Virus record (IMG/VR): IMGVR_UViG_3300017917_003143
Coordinates: 62,001-126,000 of that record
DNA: 64,000 nucleotides
Direction: 5' to 3' (one strand)
The notes beneath the pieces were generated by a model, which was not told the origin of the DNA, did no database searches, and worked only from the letters and a program-made list of their open reading frames with translations. This document shows positions 40,138 through 50,874 of the stretch, piece by piece (position 1 is the stretch's first letter; the number at the start of each line of letters is the position of its first letter). A program made the translations under genes and the position numbers.

Positions 40138-40344
40138 ATGAGAATACTAGAAATGCCAGCAAACCCCACTGTAGGGCAGGTTTACATACCCACAAACGAT
40201 GTGATCTACACCTGGACCGGTGATCGCTGGAGTTCAAAAATAGCCATAGAAAACGGCACAGCACAGTATGTTGCCGACAATCAGTTCGCGGATTTTGAGT
40301 ATGATCCCGACTTTGACAACATATTAAACGGAGGCACAGCCTAA
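40138..40344 (+). CDS. Small tail-associated protein
   Basis: PANPTVGQVY...YTWTGDRW. Confidence 0.55.
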   Translation: MRILEMPANPTVGQVYIPTNDVIYTWTGDRWSSKIAIENGTAQYVADNQFADFEYDPDFDNILNGGTA

Positions 40345-43300
40345 ATGTCAACACTAATCAAACTAAGAAGAGATACATCAACTAATTGGACTGCCGCTAA
40401 TCCAGTGTTAGCCTTGGGCGAAGCCGGCATTGTAACCGACACACTGACCTGGAAAGTAGGCGACGGTGTCACTGCCTGGAACGACCTGCCATACATGACC
40501 GGCGGCGAAGGTGGAGGAAACGTATTTTCAGCAATAACAATGACTGCCACACCCAGTGGTGCTTCCGACCAGATCAACTACGGTCTAGGGAACTTGGTTG
40601 CTTATCTTGACGGTGGTTGGACTATTGGCGAATATGATGCAAGCACTGATACATACGGTGCTACAGGTATTCGCATCAATCCCGGCATCGAAGGTTCAGC
40701 TGACATTGTTTTGCCAGCAGATCCAGCCAATGTTCCAGTTCAGATCAACAACTATAGTGGCAATGTTCGAATTCAAACTGGTGAAGGTTTTAACTGGACT
40801 TTTGACAGCGATGGGCAAATCAACATTCCACCTGAATCTAACTCATTTAATGAAGGTCGTATTCAAAGTGCTAACGGTTATCCAACATTGTTAGCATATG
40901 GTTCAAGTGGTGAACACGGTGGTCCTGAATTAGATTGGATGGACAGTGATGATCCTGCTAATGCATTTGGCAATAGCAGTGTTCTACGCAACACAATGTA
41001 TATCAACGACAACGGTCTTTATGTTGGTATCAACGAAAACGGGGTGGCCAACGTGGCCGTGGCAAGTTGGAGACTTGCACCCGATGGTAACTTGGTATTA
41101 CCCGGTGGCGGTGTGATACAAAACCCAGAAAACAGTTCATTGGATCCTGTGTTGGCCAACGTCAGTACCATGGTGCTTACACCCGACGAGAACTACAGCT
41201 CACAGGCCTTGGTGCTAGATCCAACTTCGCCAGGGCATATTCATTTACGTGCTCCAGCCAGCGGCAACATTGACCTACCACTTGCAAATATATTCTTAGG
41301 TGGCGAACAATCAAGTTTTGAAGTGGGCGCCAGCTACGGTGATGTGCCCAATGTGTTTGTCCACAGCGGTGGCAACACCTGGACATTTGGCACCAATGGT
41401 AGCTTGACAGTGCCTGGTACTATCGATGCTAAAACAGTTGGATTCCCATTTACCAGCGCAATCACCAACATCACAACAGGCAATCCAACAGTAATAGTTG
41501 ATATCGCTGACAATCTCTTTGGTGCTCCAGTAACCGGACAAGTAACAATCGTTGGTGTCGTGGGCACCACTGAAGCCAATGATTTTTGGTACTATCAAGC
41601 CGTTGAATCAAATCAATTCCAATTGTTTGTGGATGCTGCCTGCACTGTAGCAGTTGATGGAACCTCATGGACTCCTTATGTCAGCGGCGGTAATGCGTAT
41701 GCTCCTGCATATGATACCCTGGCCTTAAACACTGGTGGTCTTCAAGTCATCGCTGGTCCAAGCTCTTGGTACTTTGGTGTTGATGGCAACATTTCATTGC
41801 CAAGCAACAGCGCCAGCATTAACTACGCCAATGGCGCTCCTTACGGTGGTGGAGGTGGTGGTAACACTGGACAATGGGCTTTCAATAACGACACGGCCTA
41901 TAACTCTACCAACAATGGATTGTATATTCAAGCAAGTCAGGGCACCGACGATGGCGGCGCTTATTTCCCTTATGAGAATGAAGGCTCGACCACAAGACTG
42001 TATAACCTCAGTGGTGCTGGCATTGAACTCAGTGCTGGTGCCAATACCTGGATTTTAAATCCAGATGCCAGCGTCCAGTTTCCACAGATCAACGTAGCAC
42101 GTGGCGATACTTCCAGCGGCAGCGTATACGGCTATACCTTGGTTATTGGCGATGGCGAAAACGAAGCTGTTATAACCACACCCAATGGTGATCCTACAGG
42201 ATTCAACAGCAGCCAACGCTTGGTGATCAATCCAGGTAAAGGTGCTGACGGTACCTCAGGAGAAGGCGGCGACATTTATCTATGGGCCGGTCGTGGCGGT
42301 GACACTGGCGGCTCCGGCGGCGACATCAAGATACGTGGTGGTCAAGGCATGGGCGAAGGCGGTGCTGGTGGTTACATCCGTATGGAAGCCGGCGATGGAG
42401 ATAATGCTGGCGGCGGTTACCCTGGATACATTGAAATCACTGGCGGTCAAGGTGGTAATAGTCAGCCAGGCGGATATGTACGTATTCAAGGTGGCACCGG
42501 CCAAACTGTTGGTGGCGATGCTAATATTACTGGTGGATATGGCAGCAACGGCTCTGGCGGTAACGTTAATATTCTTGGAGGTAGTTCAGGGCTTGGAGCA
42601 GGATCTTACGGCAACGTAAATATCTATACTGGCAACACTGGCAATACTTGGACTTTTGATCAAGCTGGTAACTTGACCGTGCCTGCAAACAGTTTTATTC
42701 AAACAGCACCTGGCAGCGGTGGTGATATTCACATACATCCCGATGATGGTGGGCGATTTGTTGTACGAGGGGCAACCGATACTTTGGTACTCATCACCAG
42801 CGATCTCCCTGATGTAGAAAATAGGATAGAGCTTGATACCTACGGCGCGAATCTTGGATCAGTTGGCGGAGGAGTTTTTGTTGGCCAGTACCTCAGGACA
42901 AATGGTGCGACCCAACTTGATGACCGCCTGGCAAGTTTTGCAGGCAAAGGTACCGAAAACGGGTCCACAGTATCAGGTAATGTGGCCGCAAAAATCACTA
43001 TTGATGCCGCCAACAACTGGGGCATAGGAAATACTCCTACTCATATCAGTTTCTGGACTACTCCAAATGGGACCGATGTGCCTGTGGAACAAGTAAGAAT
43101 TGGGCCTGTTGGCAACCTCATGGTCTACAATGGCAACATCGTGGCTTCCGCCGGCAGAGTTATTTCTCCACTGGCAACAACGGTCAGCAGATTGGTTTCT
43201 GCTTTGCCAGCGGCAGCCAACACAGATCCTGGCACCAGAGCTTTTGTATCTGATGCTGACACTAGAACCTTTGGTAATCTAGTGGTAGGCGGTGCTGGCA

Positions 43301-43347
43301 ATGCTATGCCTGTATGGTCAGACGGTGTAAACTGGTACATAGGCTAA
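40345..43347 (+). CDS. Tail fibre with Mtd_N-like N-terminus
   Basis: IKLRRDT..NW.AANPVLALGEAG...WKVGDG; WTF..DG.L..P repeats; Gly-rich IxIxxGxG block. Confidence 0.8.
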   Translation: MSTLIKLRRDTSTNWTAANPVLALGEAGIVTDTLTWKVGDGVTAWNDLPYMTGGEGGGNVFSAITMTATPSGASDQINYGLGNLVAYLDGGWTIGEYDASTDTYGATGIRINPGIEGSADIVLPADPANVPVQINNYSGNVRIQTGEGFNWTFDSDGQINIPPESNSFNEGRIQSANGYPTLLAYGSSGEHGGPELDWMDSDDPANAFGNSSVLRNTMYINDNGLYVGINENGVANVAVASWRLAPDGNLVLPGGGVIQNPENSSLDPVLANVSTMVLTPDENYSSQALVLDPTSPGHIHLRAPASGNIDLPLANIFLGGEQSSFEVGASYGDVPNVFVHSGGNTWTFGTNGSLTVPGTIDAKTVGFPFTSAITNITTGNPTVIVDIADNLFGAPVTGQVTIVGVVGTTEANDFWYYQAVESNQFQLFVDAACTVAVDGTSWTPYVSGGNAYAPAYDTLALNTGGLQVIAGPSSWYFGVDGNISLPSNSASINYANGAPYGGGGGGNTGQWAFNNDTAYNSTNNGLYIQASQGTDDGGAYFPYENEGSTTRLYNLSGAGIELSAGANTWILNPDASVQFPQINVARGDTSSGSVYGYTLVIGDGENEAVITTPNGDPTGFNSSQRLVINPGKGADGTSGEGGDIYLWAGRGGDTGGSGGDIKIRGGQGMGEGGAGGYIRMEAGDGDNAGGGYPGYIEITGGQGGNSQPGGYVRIQGGTGQTVGGDANITGGYGSNGSGGNVNILGGSSGLGAGSYGNVNIYTGNTGNTWTFDQAGNLTVPANSFIQTAPGSGGDIHIHPDDGGRFVVRGATDTLVLITSDLPDVENRIELDTYGANLGSVGGGVFVGQYLRTNGATQLDDRLASFAGKGTENGSTVSGNVAAKITIDAANNWGIGNTPTHISFWTTPNGTDVPVEQVRIGPVGNLMVYNGNIVASAGRVISPLATTVSRLVSALPAAANTDPGTRAFVSDADTRTFGNLVVGGAGNAMPVWSDGVNWYIG

Positions 43348-43361
43348 GTATTTTGTCCTAA

Positions 43362-43389
43362 TAAAACCCGTACAATGTGCGGGTTTTTT
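43362..43389 (+). terminator. Intrinsic terminator
   Basis: aaaacccgta...tgcgggtttttt. Confidence 0.8.
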
Positions 43390-43453
43390 TATGATCTTGG
43401 CCGAATCGTCATCACAGCAAAAGCCATAAATATCATAAAGCGAGGTATAAACA

Positions 43454-43717
43454 ATGGCGATAGAAGTAATCAACGTAGGCACAACACCCAACGATGGCAC
43501 AGGCGACGGGCTAAGGACTGCCTATATAAAGTGTAACAATAATTTTGCTTATTTGAACACTTTTATCAGCAACAATGCCCCTAGTTTTAGCACTGGATCT
43601 GTGGGCGATGCAGAAGGACAGTTGGCATACGATTCTGGCTATCTGTATGTGTGTTTTCAAAATTATGATGGGTCCTCAGTCATCTGGGGCAGAATCGCGC
43701 TTGATACAAGTTGGTAA
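43454..43717 (+). CDS. Small baseplate/tail protein
   Basis: gp9/gp10-type INVG..PNDGTGDGLR motif; late motif TAAATA upstream. Confidence 0.7.
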   Translation: MAIEVINVGTTPNDGTGDGLRTAYIKCNNNFAYLNTFISNNAPSFSTGSVGDAEGQLAYDSGYLYVCFQNYDGSSVIWGRIALDTSW

Positions 43718-43720
43718 AAC

Positions 43721-46582
43721 ATGGCACAACCAGTATGGATTTCTCCACCAGGTGACCTAGGCACGGTAGCCGAGGGTTTGTTTTTTTCTACACCTGTTGT
43801 AGCAGTAGATCCTGACGGAGGCATAGTCAAGTACAAGCTCATAGCCGGCAGTCTACCCGAAGGCATACAGGTCAAAACCAATGGCACTGTTGAGGGCGTC
43901 CCACAGGCATTTGCCAAAATACAGGGTGTTCCTACTGAAGTAGCAGAAAATGTCACCAGTAGATTTGCCATTAGAGCCTATGTTGAAATACCCGGCGGTA
44001 CCATCAGACTGGCAGATCGTACTTTTCAAATCACTGTCACCGGACAAGATTTACCACAGTTTGTCACACCAGCTGGCAGTATAGGACTGTTCTATGATGG
44101 GGATACTGTTGACTACCAGATCGAAATATCAGATGATGACCCGGGTGACAAAGTAGTGGTCACTCTTGAATCTGGTGAATTACCACCAGGTATTTCAGTG
44201 CTTCCAAACGGATTGCTCACAGGATACATCACACCAGTGGCTCCCTTGCCCGACACTGCTATCTCTGGATATGATCGGATCGGAACCAGCTATGATCAAT
44301 ATCCTTTTGATTTTAGTTCAAGATCGATCAGTAAAAATTATGAATTTACTTTGCAAATTTCCGACGGCAAAGATCGAGCACAGCGCACTTTCACTATGTT
44401 TGTGGTATCTCGCGACAGTCTCACAGCAGACACTACAGATTTTACCGCAGACAACAACCAGATAACAGCAGACGTTTTACCACAGCGTACTCCTTTTATT
44501 TCAAACTATCCTCCTAATGGATTCATTGGAACATTTAGACATTCAAACTTTTTTGCTTATCAGTTCCAAAGTTTAGATCTTGATGGAGATCCTGTAGAAT
44601 ATGAAATCGCTCTAGGAGATTCTACAGATCTTCCACCAGGGCTGTTGTTGAATCAAGACACAGGATGGTTGTATGGATATCTGCCCAATCAAGGTGCCAC
44701 AGAAACTACGTTTAATTTTTCGATCTACGTTTACAAAAAAGACAATCCTCAACTGATATCTCCGGCTTATCCTTATTCTATAACCACAGTGGGCGATATC
44801 GAAACAGCAGTGACATGGATCACTCCTGCCAATGTTGGAACTATAAACAACGGTGACATCAGTCTTTTCCAGATACAAGCAGTCAACGCCAGTAACCGTG
44901 TGCTGTTTTATAGACTATATCAGGTCGCTGGACCGTCCGACAACTATGTGCCCGGGGTGTACAATAAATTACCTCAAGGTCTACAACTATTACCATCAGG
45001 TAACATAGCCGGACGTGTGAGTTTCAATACCTTTGCCATAGATGGTGGAACTACAACATTTGATGTGGCTAGAGCGACAAGACTGGATGCTAATCCTACT
45101 ACATTTGACAGCACCTTTACATTCACTGTCAACGCTTACAGCCAGGATGAGGTGATATCTGTTACCAAGACATTCACGATAACCGTGAACAGGGCTTACA
45201 ATGAGCCTTACGAAAGTTTGTATATACAGGCCATGCCTGGTCAAGAGGACAGAGATTTAGTCGACAGCTTGTTACAAAATCAAGATATCATCCAGCCTAG
45301 CTTTATCTACAGATCTGATGATCCATATTTTGGGGTAGCTCGTAACATAATTTATACTCATGCGTATGGACTGACTAGTTCTACCTTGGAAGACTATGTG
45401 AGCGCATTGGACCTCAATCACTTCCGCAAGCAATTGGTATTGGGCGAGTTTAAAGTAGCTCAAGCAAGATTTGGCAATACCGGAAATGTGGCCTATGAAG
45501 TAGTTTACAGCGAAGTACAAGACTCTGGCGTGAACGAAAAAGGTGAAAGTCCACCTCAGACTGTGCCCACAGCATTTCCTATACCTAATCCCGACGGGCC
45601 AGGAACCATTGATAAAGTGTATCCAAACAGTCTCATTGAGATGAGAAATCAAGTTATAGATACTGTGGGTCAGTATGCCAATGTGTTGCCACTGTGGATG
45701 ACATCCAAGCAAGCCAATGGTCGTGTGTTAGGATTCACTCGCGCAGTGGTCATCGCCTATTGCCAGCCTGGCAAAGGTGAACAGCTCGCATACAACATAC
45801 GCACCCAATGGGGCGAGCGTCTCAATCAAGTTGACTTCATTGCTGATCGTTATATATTGGATCGACAGTACAGCAAGAACTGGGATCCAGTGACTGATTC
45901 TTGGATACCTTCTCCTGCTCAGTCAACCACATTTGATCGAGTGCAAAGACCTTCAAATCTGGTGTACAAAGGAACAGTGGATTATGCCACTCAACACGCA
46001 TTCAAAGATGTCAACAATCAAACCTTACAGCGCATCGCGGCCCTGGGCGGTATCGATGGAGCCAATGGTCGTGACCTTGATGGCAGGACTGTGATATTCC
46101 AAAAGCAAGAAGATTTTCCTGGTTTGACCAACAACGAAGCTTTTTCAGACTATCCAGCTACGTATTCACAACAGCCCTATGATGAGGCCACATTTGACAC
46201 CTCGCCCACTGTATTGACTACTCCACAGAGATTGGGCAAATATCGCATGGATTTGATAGATGACAATTACATCACATTCGTGCTGATAGAAGAATTTGAT
46301 ACCTATGATTACTTGCTGGTCACTCGCGGAGATCAGTTTAAAAATACCGAGCTGTATCTACCCTTGACTCCCACAGTGGGCTTGAGTCGTGTCACCTGGA
46401 GCTTGATCCCTGAACCGGCTGGACAGGAAACTATATTTGACGGCGGCGGTACAGTGTTCATTGTTCCTGAGGACAATTATGGACTCACAGACCAGTACAA
46501 CAAGTATCTGCTGTATCCAAAATACGATATATTAGAAGGTCCGCCTGTGCCACCCCCTCCGCCCCCGATTACGCTGGTGTAG
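43721..46582 (+). CDS. Baseplate wedge-like protein with putative Ig repeats
   Basis: Repeated G.LP.GL.L...G.L.G Ig-like motifs. Confidence 0.7.
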   Translation: MAQPVWISPPGDLGTVAEGLFFSTPVVAVDPDGGIVKYKLIAGSLPEGIQVKTNGTVEGVPQAFAKIQGVPTEVAENVTSRFAIRAYVEIPGGTIRLADRTFQITVTGQDLPQFVTPAGSIGLFYDGDTVDYQIEISDDDPGDKVVVTLESGELPPGISVLPNGLLTGYITPVAPLPDTAISGYDRIGTSYDQYPFDFSSRSISKNYEFTLQISDGKDRAQRTFTMFVVSRDSLTADTTDFTADNNQITADVLPQRTPFISNYPPNGFIGTFRHSNFFAYQFQSLDLDGDPVEYEIALGDSTDLPPGLLLNQDTGWLYGYLPNQGATETTFNFSIYVYKKDNPQLISPAYPYSITTVGDIETAVTWITPANVGTINNGDISLFQIQAVNASNRVLFYRLYQVAGPSDNYVPGVYNKLPQGLQLLPSGNIAGRVSFNTFAIDGGTTTFDVARATRLDANPTTFDSTFTFTVNAYSQDEVISVTKTFTITVNRAYNEPYESLYIQAMPGQEDRDLVDSLLQNQDIIQPSFIYRSDDPYFGVARNIIYTHAYGLTSSTLEDYVSALDLNHFRKQLVLGEFKVAQARFGNTGNVAYEVVYSEVQDSGVNEKGESPPQTVPTAFPIPNPDGPGTIDKVYPNSLIEMRNQVIDTVGQYANVLPLWMTSKQANGRVLGFTRAVVIAYCQPGKGEQLAYNIRTQWGERLNQVDFIADRYILDRQYSKNWDPVTDSWIPSPAQSTTFDRVQRPSNLVYKGTVDYATQHAFKDVNNQTLQRIAALGGIDGANGRDLDGRTVIFQKQEDFPGLTNNEAFSDYPATYSQQPYDEATFDTSPTVLTTPQRLGKYRMDLIDDNYITFVLIEEFDTYDYLLVTRGDQFKNTELYLPLTPTVGLSRVTWSLIPEPAGQETIFDGGGTVFIVPEDNYGLTDQYNKYLLYPKYDILEGPPVPPPPPPITLV

Positions 46583-46641
46583 ATATCGTAGTATATAAAT
46601 ATCAAACACCATAAATATATTGAACTTAACAGGACTTGACA

Positions 46642-47553
46642 ATGTCATCAAATATTAACCCAAACAACATAGATACCGCTTATCCAGTAGCGGGCCAGGA
46701 TAACGATTCCCAAGGATTTCGTGATAATTTCACGAATATCAAAACCAACTTTGAATTCGCTGCCGAAGAAATCGATGATTTGCAATCCAAAGTATTGCTG
46801 AAAGCCGCGCTGACAGGAACCACCCTGGACAACGACATGGGCGGTGCAGTGATTGAAAATGCTAAATTGCAGGGTACACGTTATACTCGTATCGCTCCTA
46901 CTGCTACATCAGGATCTATCAACATAGATTTTGCCGCTGGTAGCTATTATAAAATCAGCCAGCTCACAGGAAACGTAAGTCTTGCGTTTGTCAACATACC
47001 CAGCGCCGGAAACTATGCTGAGTGGACAGTACAATTGACACAACCATCGTCGCCCTATACTGTGACATTGCCAGCATCAGTCAGCGTTGGCAATACAACT
47101 TTACAAGGGTGTGATGCTAATAATGTGGTAAGTTACAGTAGTTCAGGAACCTACAGCCTTAAGTTTTCGACCAGCGATGGCGGTACTACCGTAGCTGTGC
47201 AAGATCTCAGCAGAAATACCACTGGATTATCATTCCAGAGTACAGTAGACACTCTTGTAGCCAATGCTAATTTAAGTTTGGCAACCTCTACATCAGTTAT
47301 CGACAAAAATGGTTCTTGGGCCGGAAACTTAAACGCCGGATCAACAGGACAAACTAAAATAGTAGTATGTGGTAATGCCAGCCCTGGAACCCAAGTTCTA
47401 ACAGTTCCATCAGCTGGTTGGAAAAATTCTGCCGCTGGCAACGTGACTTTTACAGCACAAGGCCAGTCAGTGACCTTGATATATGTTGGTGGAAGTTGGT
47501 GGTGTACCGCCAAAGGTACTGACGTAGGCGATACTTTCCCTCCGTTAGCTTAA
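46642..47553 (+). CDS. Virion structural protein
   Basis: YPVAGQDNDSQGFRDNF N-terminus; TAAATA motifs upstream. Confidence 0.6.
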   Translation: MSSNINPNNIDTAYPVAGQDNDSQGFRDNFTNIKTNFEFAAEEIDDLQSKVLLKAALTGTTLDNDMGGAVIENAKLQGTRYTRIAPTATSGSINIDFAAGSYYKISQLTGNVSLAFVNIPSAGNYAEWTVQLTQPSSPYTVTLPASVSVGNTTLQGCDANNVVSYSSSGTYSLKFSTSDGGTTVAVQDLSRNTTGLSFQSTVDTLVANANLSLATSTSVIDKNGSWAGNLNAGSTGQTKIVVCGNASPGTQVLTVPSAGWKNSAAGNVTFTAQGQSVTLIYVGGSWWCTAKGTDVGDTFPPLA

Positions 47554-47612
47554 CCAAAAGAATTGACATCAAGGCTCCTCTATGCTAATATAGTGTAGAG
47601 GAGTTTTCATTT

Positions 47613-48053
47613 ATGCAAATCGATTTAACACGATATACCGAATTCGTAGAAAAGGTCACAAGTCAGCCCAGCAACGACCTTACCACTTTCATGGATACCT
47701 TGGACCGTTTAGATGCCAACTATGAATTGTTTGATGGGGAGATGAAGCACGGTCCAGACGTTAATGTTCCACTGTTGCTCACCGGTGCCTTGGGCATGGC
47801 AGCTGAAACAGGCGAGTTCTGTGAGATACCAAAAAAGATTTTCTTCCAAGGCAAAGCACTCAACGAAGAAGCTGTGTTCCACATGAAACGTGAACTGGGC
47901 GATATCATGTGGTACTGGATCAACGCTTGTCGTGCGCTGAATCTTGACCCCAATGACGTCATAGCTGAGAATGTGCGTAAACTTGAAAGCCGTTACCCAG
48001 GCGGAAGTTTTGATCCCTATTATTCAGAAAATAGGAAACAAGGAGATCTATAA
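47613..48053 (+). CDS. MazG-like nucleotide pyrophosphohydrolase
   Basis: AETGEFCE..KK...ELGDIMWY. Confidence 0.85.
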   Translation: MQIDLTRYTEFVEKVTSQPSNDLTTFMDTLDRLDANYELFDGEMKHGPDVNVPLLLTGALGMAAETGEFCEIPKKIFFQGKALNEEAVFHMKRELGDIMWYWINACRALNLDPNDVIAENVRKLESRYPGGSFDPYYSENRKQGDL

Positions 48054-48279
48054 TGGAACATCCTCTGATTGGCAACATTGATGATCTTACCTCTGAGCAA
48101 TTGGTTGAAAAGATCAACGAATTGAACAGCAAGCTCAACATAGCATATCGCACAGGCAACGGACATCTTTGCAATCAGATACGCATGGCCATCGAAAGTT
48201 TCAGCAACAAGTTGAGAGAAAAGCAACAAAAGCAATACGATGAAGCCGCCCAAAATTTCAATGACAAGATCAAAATATC

Positions 48280-48873
48280 ATGAATGTAAAAATAGAATAC
48301 CCAGCAGAATTCTTGTCAGCGGTTTATTGGAATGAACAAGTCATGTTCAATCGATACACTGCCAGATGTGAGATGATCACTGGTACCAAAGACAACATAG
48401 AACAGAATATCGCCCTGGAGCGTCTCAAGTACATACTGTTCGTGCAAATGCAGAACTCTGTGTTTGTGGATTCAAAAGAAAAAGCCGCTATCAAAAGATT
48501 AGAAGCCGCAGGACTCCGTACAGTGGTACTACCAGAACAGCCGGTTGACCAAATCATTGGTATGATGTTATACTCAAAGTTAGATGCTGTGATGGAAGGA
48601 CGCATCGTAATGAGTCAACTCAGACTGAGTTCCGACCTGGGAGAAAACATCGTTTACAGTCACAATGAAATAGAGACCATTGGGCCTTTCCAGCAAAAGG
48701 GTTGGTGGAATTCACCTGAGCCTGCTTGTTTTGATTCTAAATCGCCCGGAGGAAAAGTGGTCAGTATCTCGACCAAGACCGTGAGCTGGCAGAGTCTTGA
48801 TTTGCATTGGAGCCAAGACCAAGAACAAACAGAAAACACCGTGGTAGTATTCCGCAAAGATGATAAAGAATAA
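48280..48873 (+). CDS. Hypothetical protein
   Basis: ORF track, operon context. Confidence 0.55.
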   Translation: MNVKIEYPAEFLSAVYWNEQVMFNRYTARCEMITGTKDNIEQNIALERLKYILFVQMQNSVFVDSKEKAAIKRLEAAGLRTVVLPEQPVDQIIGMMLYSKLDAVMEGRIVMSQLRLSSDLGENIVYSHNEIETIGPFQQKGWWNSPEPACFDSKSPGGKVVSISTKTVSWQSLDLHWSQDQEQTENTVVVFRKDDKE

Positions 48874-49378
48874 ATTCGGAGAGCAGATTTACAACGATGA
48901 GGATGTGTGCGATCTTTTGATGCAAGGTCGCGACTTTTCAGTGTTCAACGGCATGCTCGTGGATCGTATCAATGTAGAAGAAATGGCACATATATTAGAA
49001 AATGTGCCCGAGTTCGTTGAGTATGATAAAGTGTGCCAAGAAGATCTCACGCAAGAACAGTATGATCATCGCTGTCAAAACACATGGTTCATGCCTGAGC
49101 AATACAAAAACTTAGATATCGCGGCGCATGTTTTAAATCTCTGCAAGACCGATGCTGAGCTACAAAGGGTAGGAGAAGAGTTGTTGCTGTACCAAGAGCG
49201 TGATCTTTTTAATCTACTACGGTATTTGAAATATCTGGTAGATGTCATGACTGAAAATCATGTGATCTGGGGAGTTGGGCGAGGATCCAGCGTGGCCAGT
49301 TATGTGCTGTATCTCTTGGGGGTTCACCGGATTGACAGCATGTACTATGATTTAGATCCTCGCGAATTCTTGCGTTAA
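48860..49378 (+). CDS. Stand-alone fragment of DNA polymerase III alpha (DnaE-like)
   Basis: VIWGVGRGSSVASYVLYLLGVHRID..YDL...EFLR. Confidence 0.85.
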   Translation: MIKNKFGEQIYNDEDVCDLLMQGRDFSVFNGMLVDRINVEEMAHILENVPEFVEYDKVCQEDLTQEQYDHRCQNTWFMPEQYKNLDIAAHVLNLCKTDAELQRVGEELLLYQERDLFNLLRYLKYLVDVMTENHVIWGVGRGSSVASYVLYLLGVHRIDSMYYDLDPREFLR

Positions 49379-49402
49379 ATACACAAAACAAGGAGTTATC
49401 AA

Positions 49403-49861
49403 ATGACCAGAAAACAATACCGTACAGCACAAGGTAAGATCGTAGACTTGGGTGCTATACAGTTACAAAACGAGCATGTACGTGCTGTGGGCAACATGAA
49501 CGTCAATGCTCGAGGAGATACTATTGACAGCAAAGGAAATAGTATCGATTCTAGAAACAAGCAACTGTCAAGACAATACAACAGACAAGTGGCAGCCCCT
49601 GTGTCTGACGCACCGTTGCCATCCAGCCGACGCCGCCAGCGAGCTGAAGCAGATCCGGTAGAAAATGAGCAGGTGCAATCAGTGGCTGAACCTGAACTCG
49701 AACTTGAACCCGAGTCAGCACCACAGGAAGCATCTCCAGCATCCAGCGATACTGGTGGCGGGTTGGCGGCAGCCATAGCCAAAGCTCGTGCTATCAAGCA
49801 AGAACCTCTGAAATCTGCCAGACAGCAAGCACAAGAAACTCCTGGAGTAAGGAAGATCTAA
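49403..49861 (+). CDS. Hypothetical late protein
   Basis: TAAATA motif and SD aaggag. Confidence 0.6.
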   Translation: MTRKQYRTAQGKIVDLGAIQLQNEHVRAVGNMNVNARGDTIDSKGNSIDSRNKQLSRQYNRQVAAPVSDAPLPSSRRRQRAEADPVENEQVQSVAEPELELEPESAPQEASPASSDTGGGLAAAIAKARAIKQEPLKSARQQAQETPGVRKI

Positions 49862-50235
49862 TGGACATCAAAGCCGCATTCGCACCACATCGTGTATCAA
49901 AACTCAAAGTTTTACGAGATAACGTTCTCGTTTCTGACATGGAGTTCAAAGGGCGACAGCTGAGTTCGGGCATCATACTTCCGTCTGACAACGGAAAATC
50001 TGCTGGCATACGACCACGTTGGGGCCAGGTGTATGAAGTTGGACCCGAACAGCGAGACGTACGACCAGGCCAATGGATCTGTGTGGCACACGGTCGTTGG
50101 ACACGTGGGCTGGAGATCGAAGATGAAACTGGCCCAAAGACCATACGCAAAGTTGATCCAAAAGATATCCTATTGGTCAGCGATGAACATCCTGGATCCG
50201 ATGATACCATTTCCGAAGCCGTGAGTGGTTCATGA
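49861..50235 (+). CDS. GroES/Cpn10-like co-chaperonin
   Basis: LRDNVLV...SSGIILP...GQVYEVGP. Confidence 0.8.
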   Translation: MDIKAAFAPHRVSKLKVLRDNVLVSDMEFKGRQLSSGIILPSDNGKSAGIRPRWGQVYEVGPEQRDVRPGQWICVAHGRWTRGLEIEDETGPKTIRKVDPKDILLVSDEHPGSDDTISEAVSGS

Positions 50236-50561
50236 ACGATCGTTGTCAGCACTGCGGGCAACATTATACTCCTGATTGCGACTGGATGCAAGGTCGTTGT
50301 CCACATCATCCATCTTATCTTGACATTTACCAAGCAAGATACTATAATCTACTACAAGCCATCAAAAACTTTTTTCGTTCGAAATGAAATCGAAAAAAAT
50401 CAATGTGGAAGCACTTGAGATCGAACAACGCTGGGCCAATGTGATTGGTTCAGACAATCGAGAAACGTTACGCAATCTCAAGCGCATCCAGCGCGAAGAG
50501 GGCGAGCGTCAAGCTCGTGCTTGGCTCAAGAATGAATACTATGACTTAGAGGATGATGAAG

Positions 50562-50762
50562 ATGCAGATTAGAGCAGAACAGATCAAAGAAGGTGGCGCG
50601 GCCTGCGGATGTGGGCGTAGTCCCAATGGTAAATGTTGTGGTTGGCATGCCTTGACAGAAGAGGCATATCGTGCTAAACTCAACGAATGGGAACTGGAAC
50701 AATACAAGAAGCAAGCACAAGAGCTGTGGAGCGACAGTTGCACCACCGGACGGTCTGAATGA
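50562..50762 (+). CDS. CDGSH-like Fe-S protein (variant motif)
   Basis: CGCGRSPNGKCCGWH. Confidence 0.6.
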   Translation: MQIRAEQIKEGGAACGCGRSPNGKCCGWHALTEEAYRAKLNEWELEQYKKQAQELWSDSCTTGRSE

Positions 50763-50874
50763 ATCGACTAAGGATCGCTCTGGCGAGATGGATATTAGGG
50801 CGCCACTGTGCTTGTTATAAGATGGGCTACCATAAAATGTGTGATTATAGAAAACATCGTATCGGGAATAAAAG

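Noticed and set aside
42240-42640. Gly-rich GGxGG block as a collagen-like or tandem DNA repeat
   Set aside because: It has no Gly-X-Y periodicity and fits an ordinary beta-helical fibre segment
40345-43347. Diversity-generating retroelement suggested by the Mtd_N-like domain
   Set aside because: No reverse transcriptase and no TR/VR pair differing only at adenines was found in the window
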